DNA of 13,950 nucleotides, taken from the NCBI GenBank assembly GCA_037442825.1, contig JBBIPN010000034.1, forward strand, positions 1 through 13,950, given 5' to 3'. The notes beneath the pieces were generated by a model. The model was not told the DNA's origin. It made no database searches and was given only the letters and a program-made list of their open reading frames with translations. Each line of letters starts with the position of its first letter. Positions within the stretch are counted from its first letter, which is position 1. Below are positions 8,430 to 13,950 of this stretch, piece by piece. Made by a program: the position numbers and the translations under genes. The DNA is from Sulfurihydrogenibium sp. GTDB lineage: Bacteria; Aquificota; Aquificia; Aquificales; Hydrogenothermaceae.

Positions 8430-9365
8430 TCACACGTGGTAAATGATAAGTGATATTAATGAAAGAATAAATCCAAGTGTTAAAATTTCAGGTACTCTGA
8501 AAAATCTAAATTTAGCCATACTCATCTCTATAATTGCAACAGGTATAGAGAAAAGTATAAGTTTTAATAGATAGACTAAAATCCCAATAATAAAGAAAAG
8601 GATAGAGGTATCTTTATAAAAACCTATAGGAAAAAATAAGTTAGATGCTAAGGTTATAAAAATAGTAAGTTTTAAATATGAAGAATATTCAAATAAAGCT
8701 AAATGTCTACCAGATGCTTCTAATATCATAGCTTCATGAACCATTGTAAGTTCAAGGTGTGTTTCTGGATTATCAAAAGGAATCCTAGCATTTTCTGCTA
8801 AAGAAACTATAAGTAATGCTATAAGTGCAAAGGCAGCTGATACAGGTACAGCTGTTAAACCAAATTCATGAACCTTTTCAAAAATTTCTCCTATGTTTGT
8901 GCTGTTGGTTTGTAAAGCAAATGTAAATATAACTAACATAAAAGATGCTTCTGTTAATGCTGCAATAGTAACCTCTCTACTTGAACCAAGTCCACCAAAT
9001 GCACTACCACTGTCCATACCATACAAAGCTATGAAAAATACACCAAGAGCAAGTATATAAACCATTGCAATAATATCACCTGTAAAACCTAAAAGGGTAT
9101 GTTTATTTATAATCGGCAAAAACGTAGCTGCCCAAACAGTTGATACAAAGACCATATAAGGAGCTATCCTTGATATAAAAGATGCATCTTTTGATAAAAC
9201 AACCTCTTTATTAAAAAGCCTGTATAGGTCCTTATAAGCTTGTGTCAATGGGGGACCTTTTTGTCCTCTCATTAAGCATTTTAATTTATGAATAAATGTT
9301 TTTATAAAAGGAGCTATAGCTAAAAGTATAAAAAGCTGTAAAAAACCAATTAAAACTTCTTTCAT
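8430..9365 (-). CDS. hyfC: NuoH-family membrane subunit, HyfC/HycD-like
   Basis: GQKGPPLTQAYKDL, GSAFGGLGSSRE and AENARIPFDNPETHLELTMVHEAMILE motifs. Confidence 0.92.
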   Translation of the reverse strand: MKEVLIGFLQLFILLAIAPFIKTFIHKLKCLMRGQKGPPLTQAYKDLYRLFNKEVVLSKDASFISRIAPYMVFVSTVWAATFLPIINKHTLLGFTGDIIAMVYILALGVFFIALYGMDSGSAFGGLGSSREVTIAALTEASFMLVIFTFALQTNSTNIGEIFEKVHEFGLTAVPVSAAFALIALLIVSLAENARIPFDNPETHLELTMVHEAMILEASGRHLALFEYSSYLKLTIFITLASNLFFPIGFYKDTSILFFIIGILVYLLKLILFSIPVAIIEMSMAKFRFFRVPEILTLGFILSLISLIIYHV

Positions 9366-11357
9366 TTATTTCCCCACAATAAAAAGTATAAAAGCTATAA
9401 GTGTTATAATTATGTAAGCTATATAAACATGTATAATACCTGGTTGAATGTAGTATCTTATTTTTAAGAACATTTCTATAACGACCCAAACCAATTTAGA
9501 AACAAAATACTCAATTATATCTTCAATATTAATTTTATAAACTTTTTTTGGTAGGAAATATTTTTTTCCATCAAAATTTAGTTCTTCTTTAGTTTTATAT
9601 AAAAATCCTAATATTCTTCTTATAGGTTGAGAAAATCCAGTAGCACTATACTGAGCTTTATTTGTTAAATTTGTATCATCTAAGCCACAAGCCCATGTTT
9701 CATATTCTCTAATTTTAGCGTTATAAACTCTTGTAAAGAAATAAATTACTAAAAACACTAATATACCAGCAATAGCAAGTCCAAAAGGAGCAATCCTTCC
9801 AAAATCGTAATCTCCAGCTACCAACAAAAGTCCACTTGAGTAAAAGATATTGTTGTATATAGAGATACCACAAATATTTTGTAAAACATAATCTAAGTAA
9901 TAAATAGGTATAAATGGAAATAAACCTAAAATGACAACTAAAACAGCCAAAATAGACTTTCCCAAAAGCATAAACTTATCAACTTCTGAAGCATGAGATA
10001 CTTTGTCTGTTCTACCAATACCTAAAAATGATACACCAAAAAGTTTAGTAAATGCACCAAGAGCAAAAGCACCTGTTAAAGCTAATATAGAAGCAAATAT
10101 TGGAATAGTAAAAGATATGAATTCATAGTTTAGTTTACTACCAAATAAAAGAGATTGATAAATTAACCACTCGCTAACAAAACCATTAAAGGGTGGTAAA
10201 GCTGTTATACCTAAAATGCCTATTAAAAATAATAAACCTGTTTTAGGCATAACTTTAATTAATCCACCAAGTTCTTCCATATTTTTGGTATGGGTTTTAT
10301 AAAGTATAGAACCTGCCCCTAAAAATAGTAAACCTTTAAATACAGTATGGTTTAACGTATGAAATAACATAGCTATAAAAGAGATACCTAAAAGTAAACT
10401 AATATTATTACTTTTAAAAATTAAAGACAATCCCATAGCTATGAATATTATTCCGATGTTTTCCATAGAAGAGTAAGCTAATAACTTTTTTATATCTATC
10501 TGTACGTACGCATATAAAATTCCATAAATAGCTGTTAAAGAGCCAATAAAAAGAACTATATATCCATAATTGACAGGAAAACTATCTAAAAAGTCAAAAT
10601 AAAATCTTATTAACATATAAACAGCTGTTTTTATCATAACACCAGACATTAAAGCTGATACATTTGAAGGAGCAACAGGATGAGCTTTTGGCAACCAGAA
10701 ATGTAGTGGAAATAAACCAGCTTTTGCACCAAAACCAATAAGAGAAAATATAAATACCAAAAATTTAATATTTTCAGGTAAAAAAACTTTATGAAAATCA
10801 TTAAAGTTTAAACTACCAGTGTATAAATATAAAAGTATAAAAGATAATAGAATAAAACCTGTTCCAAGATGTGTCATAAATAGATAAATTATTCCAGCTT
10901 TTAAATTCTCTTCCTTTTTATAATCAAAGATGACAAGGAAGAAAGATAAAACTGACATTAACTCCCAAAATGTTAAGAATGTTAATACATTGTTTGAAAT
11001 AACAACAAAAACCATAGAGATTATAAAAACATTATAAATAGCTGTTAATATTTTTCTATTTTTAAACTCATCTGTGTAAGTTATGGAAAATATAGATGTA
11101 GCTATAGAAAGTAAGAAAATCAAACCAATAAAAAATAAAGATAGTTTATCAATTTTAAAGCTAAATGTTAAAAAATCTATACCTGTTTTAAACTCAAAAA
11201 TTCCATAAAAATTTTGATTAATCAAAAGTAATGATAGTATAAGAAATAAAAAACTTATTAAAGCTTGTATTAAGTAGGATATTTTAGGTTTGAAAGATAA
11301 GATTAAAGGAAATAGTAGGAAAAATAATAGATAACTACTCTCTTCTACAATGTCCAA
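9366..11357 (-). CDS. hyfB: Proton-translocating antiporter-like subunit, HyfB-like (NuoL/MrpA family)
   Basis: FWELMS, GAKAGLFPLHFWLPKAHPVAPSNVSALMSG, KKLLAYSSMENIG, NHTVFKGLLFLGAG, PPFNGFVSEW and WACG motifs. TTG start with GAGGT RBS 6 nt upstream (11364-11368). Confidence 0.92.
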   Translation of the reverse strand: MDIVEESSYLLFFLLFPLILSFKPKISYLIQALISFLFLILSLLLINQNFYGIFEFKTGIDFLTFSFKIDKLSLFFIGLIFLLSIATSIFSITYTDEFKNRKILTAIYNVFIISMVFVVISNNVLTFLTFWELMSVLSFFLVIFDYKKEENLKAGIIYLFMTHLGTGFILLSFILLYLYTGSLNFNDFHKVFLPENIKFLVFIFSLIGFGAKAGLFPLHFWLPKAHPVAPSNVSALMSGVMIKTAVYMLIRFYFDFLDSFPVNYGYIVLFIGSLTAIYGILYAYVQIDIKKLLAYSSMENIGIIFIAMGLSLIFKSNNISLLLGISFIAMLFHTLNHTVFKGLLFLGAGSILYKTHTKNMEELGGLIKVMPKTGLLFLIGILGITALPPFNGFVSEWLIYQSLLFGSKLNYEFISFTIPIFASILALTGAFALGAFTKLFGVSFLGIGRTDKVSHASEVDKFMLLGKSILAVLVVILGLFPFIPIYYLDYVLQNICGISIYNNIFYSSGLLLVAGDYDFGRIAPFGLAIAGILVFLVIYFFTRVYNAKIREYETWACGLDDTNLTNKAQYSATGFSQPIRRILGFLYKTKEELNFDGKKYFLPKKVYKINIEDIIEYFVSKLVWVVIEMFLKIRYYIQPGIIHVYIAYIIITLIAFILFIVGK

Positions 11358-11390
11358 GTCATTACCTCAAATAAATATGATATAAATCTT

Positions 11391-11419
11391 ATTTTACATC
11401 TTTAATTTTTTATATGCAA
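11391..11419 (-). promoter_or_regulatory. Putative sigma70 promoter for the Ehr (hyf-like) operon
   Basis: Minus strand TTGCAT (11414-11419, inside the end of the upstream ORF), 17 nt spacer, TAAAAT (11391-11396). Confidence 0.55.
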
Positions 11420-11770
11420 GTAAGTTATAGCGATACCAGATAAGACTAATATAGGAAGCCCAATAATTATAGTAACTATCAATGATAATATACTTGTTAT
11501 TGTTGTTTTTAATAATTTTTCTTTAAAAATAAAACTACCTAAATAGATTTGCAGAACTACTAATGTAATAAACATTAAAACTATAGAGTAATGAGAGATA
11601 TAACTTTGTGTTAGTAATTTTAAAGAGCCTGCTAACGTATAACTAACAATTACCACGAAAAAAGACATTGTAAAAGAAGTTTTTTTATAATTTGCCAATT
11701 TAGAAGAGTACCAGTAAGAAAAAGTAGCAATAAGTAAAAAAGAAAAAGCAACAGCAAAATTATAAATCAT
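11402..11770 (-). CDS. Hypothetical small integral membrane protein (~4 TM)
   Basis: 122-aa ORF with four hydrophobic stretches. ATG lies 3 nt after the methyltransferase stop, with a GAGG RBS embedded in that gene's last codons. Confidence 0.75.
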   Translation of the reverse strand: MIYNFAVAFSFLLIATFSYWYSSKLANYKKTSFTMSFFVVIVSYTLAGSLKLLTQSYISHYSIVLMFITLVVLQIYLGSFIFKEKLLKTTITSILSLIVTIIIGLPILVLSGIAITYLHIKN

Positions 11771-11773
11771 AAA

Positions 11774-12916
11774 CTAAACCTCGATTTTATATCTATCACT
11801 ATTGTAAGGTAGTATATCTAAACTAGTGAGTTTTGGATTATCTATATTTTTTGATTGTATTAAAACTTTAAATTTTTCCCCCATTCCTTGTGGCATTATC
11901 AACGTTTTCAACCTGTTTAAACGTTCATAAGATTTATTATCTCCATTTTCCTGAAGCTTTTGGAAAATATCCATAAGTCCAAGATTAATTAAAAAATGGG
12001 CTTGATCCGTAAAACCTACAAAATCTAAACCTTCTTTTTTACCATAGTAAGTTAAAGCTGAAAAATTAACGTGAGAAGTTATATCTTGTAGTCCTATATT
12101 TTTATAAAAACTCTCATTATAGGTATGTTTGTAATAACAAAGAAGTGTCCCTCTCATCCTATAAGGTTTATAAAGTTCCTTAGAAGGATATCCATAATCT
12201 ATTGTATATAAAAATCCTTTTTTTAGTTTATTCCCAATTTTCATTATTAAGTTTTTTGCTATAAGGTTTATCTCTGTTCTCATTCCTTCAGGTATATCTA
12301 TTGCTAACTCTTTCAAATACTCCAAAATTTCTTCTGAAGGTTCTTTTAGTATCTCTTCAATATTATCATTTTGTATTTTTAAATAAATTTCAAAAATTTT
12401 TCCATCTTTTTTTACAATAACATTTACAGGTAAGGCATCAAAAAGTTCATTTGAGTATATAATTCCATAGATGTTATCTAATTCATTAAATTCTTGTAAA
12501 AAGATAATATTATCAAAATCTTTTAAAAGTTTTCTCTGTAAATTTAAGTGGAATGTGGATTTTTCAACAGATATAAACTCTATTTTTTTATAAAAGTCTG
12601 GAAAGTTTTCTTTTATATAAGATAAAACATCATAAGCCAATAAACCTTTTCCTGAGCCTATCTCAACAATTTTAATTTTTTGATTATTAAAATAGTTTTT
12701 ATAATTTTCGTAAAATTGTTTTGCAAGAAAATTTCCAAAAACTGGATCTAACTCACTAGAAGTATAAAAATCTCCATAACTTCCTATTTTTTCTTTTTCT
12801 GATGTATAAAAACCAAAGTCAGGATAGTATAAAACTATATCCATGAAATCTTTAAATGAAACCTCCCCCCTTTCTTTTAAAATATCTATTAACTCTTTTT
12901 TGCCTGATAATTTCAT
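11774..12916 (-). CDS. SAM-dependent methyltransferase, MidA/NDUFAF7 (DUF185) family
   Basis: Family-typical motifs SFKDFMDIVLY, GDFYTS, IVEIGSGKG (SAM motif I), SNELFDALP, IDYG, GTL, GLQDITSHVNF and MGEKFKVL. Confidence 0.9.
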   Translation of the reverse strand: MKLSGKKELIDILKERGEVSFKDFMDIVLYYPDFGFYTSEKEKIGSYGDFYTSSELDPVFGNFLAKQFYENYKNYFNNQKIKIVEIGSGKGLLAYDVLSYIKENFPDFYKKIEFISVEKSTFHLNLQRKLLKDFDNIIFLQEFNELDNIYGIIYSNELFDALPVNVIVKKDGKIFEIYLKIQNDNIEEILKEPSEEILEYLKELAIDIPEGMRTEINLIAKNLIMKIGNKLKKGFLYTIDYGYPSKELYKPYRMRGTLLCYYKHTYNESFYKNIGLQDITSHVNFSALTYYGKKEGLDFVGFTDQAHFLINLGLMDIFQKLQENGDNKSYERLNRLKTLIMPQGMGEKFKVLIQSKNIDNPKLTSLDILPYNSDRYKIEV

Positions 12917-13609
12917 TTATATAGTTTGGTCGTGGTAATTTGGACCAAGTTTGGGCATATTAAAATCCCATAGTTTTTCTCTTGTTTTATCATACTCAGA
13001 CCATATTTTCTGATCTTCTCTCCATTGCGATTTTTCATCAAACTTCTCTTCTCTTCTTCTTGTAACAAAATTGTTTGCTATTTGTGTCAATTTATCTTTA
13101 TCAAGTACCCAACTCTTTCTTGTATAAGAGGATAGGTCATATATATCAGTCATTATAATACAGTCTGTAGGACAAGCTTGAGTACAAAGACCACAGAAAG
13201 TACATTTAGATAAATCCATATTAAAAACAGTCATAACTTTTAATCCATAATGTGGATGGTCTTCTGGAACATCTAATTTTTCAGATTGAATATCGAAAAG
13301 TTCTGGAACGGGACATGCTGCTTGGCAGAATTTACAAGCGATACATCTCGTTTCTCCTGGTTCTGGTGGTTTTATTTTTAATCTTTTTACCCATCCATCA
13401 AACTCTGGACTTTCTGTACCATCAACGGTTCTCAAACCGTGTACACCTCTAAATCTTGGTGAAGGAACTACAACTTCATATGGAAAATCTACTGTTATAA
13501 CCTTTTTCCATAAATGTTTTATAGTGGTTTTTAACCCTTTTAGAAAGTCTATGAAAAATATCTTTTCAACGAATGTTTGAGGTTCGGCTCTTACCTTCTT
13601 TATACCCAT
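12917..13609 (-). CDS. nuoI: NADH-quinone oxidoreductase subunit I (2x[4Fe-4S])
   Basis: N-terminal KGLKTTIKHL...TVDFP...PRFRG, plus CIACKFCQAACP and CTFCGLCTQACP ferredoxin motifs. GAGGA RBS. Confidence 0.93.
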   Translation of the reverse strand: MGIKKVRAEPQTFVEKIFFIDFLKGLKTTIKHLWKKVITVDFPYEVVVPSPRFRGVHGLRTVDGTESPEFDGWVKRLKIKPPEPGETRCIACKFCQAACPVPELFDIQSEKLDVPEDHPHYGLKVMTVFNMDLSKCTFCGLCTQACPTDCIIMTDIYDLSSYTRKSWVLDKDKLTQIANNFVTRRREEKFDEKSQWREDQKIWSEYDKTREKLWDFNMPKLGPNYHDQTI

Positions 13610-13620
13610 TATGATTCCTC

Positions 13621-13950
13621 CTATCTATCTGTTTCTCCGACAACTGGGTCTATTGATGATAGTAATGTTATAGCATCTGCTATTGGTCTTCCAATAATTG
13701 CTTTTGTAAATACTTGTAAATTATAAAAAGCGCCAGACCTTATTCTCATTCTGTGGGCTTTTAGACCATCTTTTTTATTGTATATATAAAATCCAAGTTC
13801 ACCTCTTGGGTTATCTGAAGATGCATATACTTCTCCAGCTGGTAGTTTCATACCTCTACCATCTATGGTTACTTTTAGTTTTTTCTCATCTGGTGTTTGG
13901 AAGAAATATGGATCGTTTTTAGACATCTTTCTAAGTTTTGCTATACATTG
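13621..13950 (-). CDS. nuoD: NADH-quinone oxidoreductase subunit D (or C/D), C-terminal part; starts outside the window
   Basis: Frame is open to the window edge (QCIAKLRK precedes the track's Met). Contains GEVY...NPRGELG, RMRIRSGAFYNLQ, IADAIT and the NuoD-type terminus SIDPVVGETDR. Confidence 0.92.
   Translation of the reverse strand, partial: QCIAKLRKMSKNDPYFFQTPDEKKLKVTIDGRGMKLPAGEVYASSDNPRGELGFYIYNKKDGLKAHRMRIRSGAFYNLQVFTKAIIGRPIADAITLLSSIDPVVGETDR

Noticed and set aside
9286..9489. 67-aa minus-strand ORF spanning the hyfB/hyfC junction
   Set aside because: Out-of-frame overlap of two well-supported genes.
7030..10730. Similar sequence blocks in hyfF and hyfB (FWLPxAHxxAP...SALMSGV)
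   Set aside because: Ancient paralogy of antiporter-like subunits, not a DNA repeat or mobile element.
11360..11362. ATG just upstream of hyfB as the true start or a frameshift sign
   Set aside because: Out of frame and only 1 nt from the RBS; the TTG at 11355-11357 is properly spaced.
13252..13452. 66-aa plus-strand ORF
   Set aside because: Antisense to nuoI across its first Fe-S motif.
13621..13926. Track's 101-aa ORF as a complete small protein
   Set aside because: The frame continues without a stop to the window edge; it is the C-terminus of NuoD.
1..13950. CRISPR arrays, IS elements, integrases, rRNA
   Set aside because: No regularly spaced repeats, transposase/integrase motifs or rRNA-like sequence seen.

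Overview
AT-rich bacterial window. The NuoI/NuoD sequences resemble Aquificota proteins as I recall them; this is not database-checked. Left end: a decayed, unannotated minus-strand ORF (37..450; signal-anchor, EF-hand-like motif, one in-frame TAG) starts 7 nt past the 3' end of a CCA-less tRNA-Ser(TGA). Plus strand: der, a nitrilase-family C-N hydrolase and pyrE. The rest is on the minus strand, in transcription order: nuoD (3' part), nuoI, a MidA/NDUFAF7-type methyltransferase, a 4-TM hypothetical protein, a six-gene hyfB-C-E-F-G-I-like cluster, and a stand-alone CcsA/HemX-like protein. The large subunit of the hyf-like cluster has lost all four Ni-Fe cysteines, so it is an energy-converting hydrogenase-related (Ehr) complex, not a hydrogenase. 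The most interesting element is the juxtaposition of a split complex I fragment (nuoD directly followed by nuoI), a translationally coupled complex I arginine-methyltransferase homologue, and an Ehr ion-pump cluster whose large subunit carries the same HRGxEK target motif.
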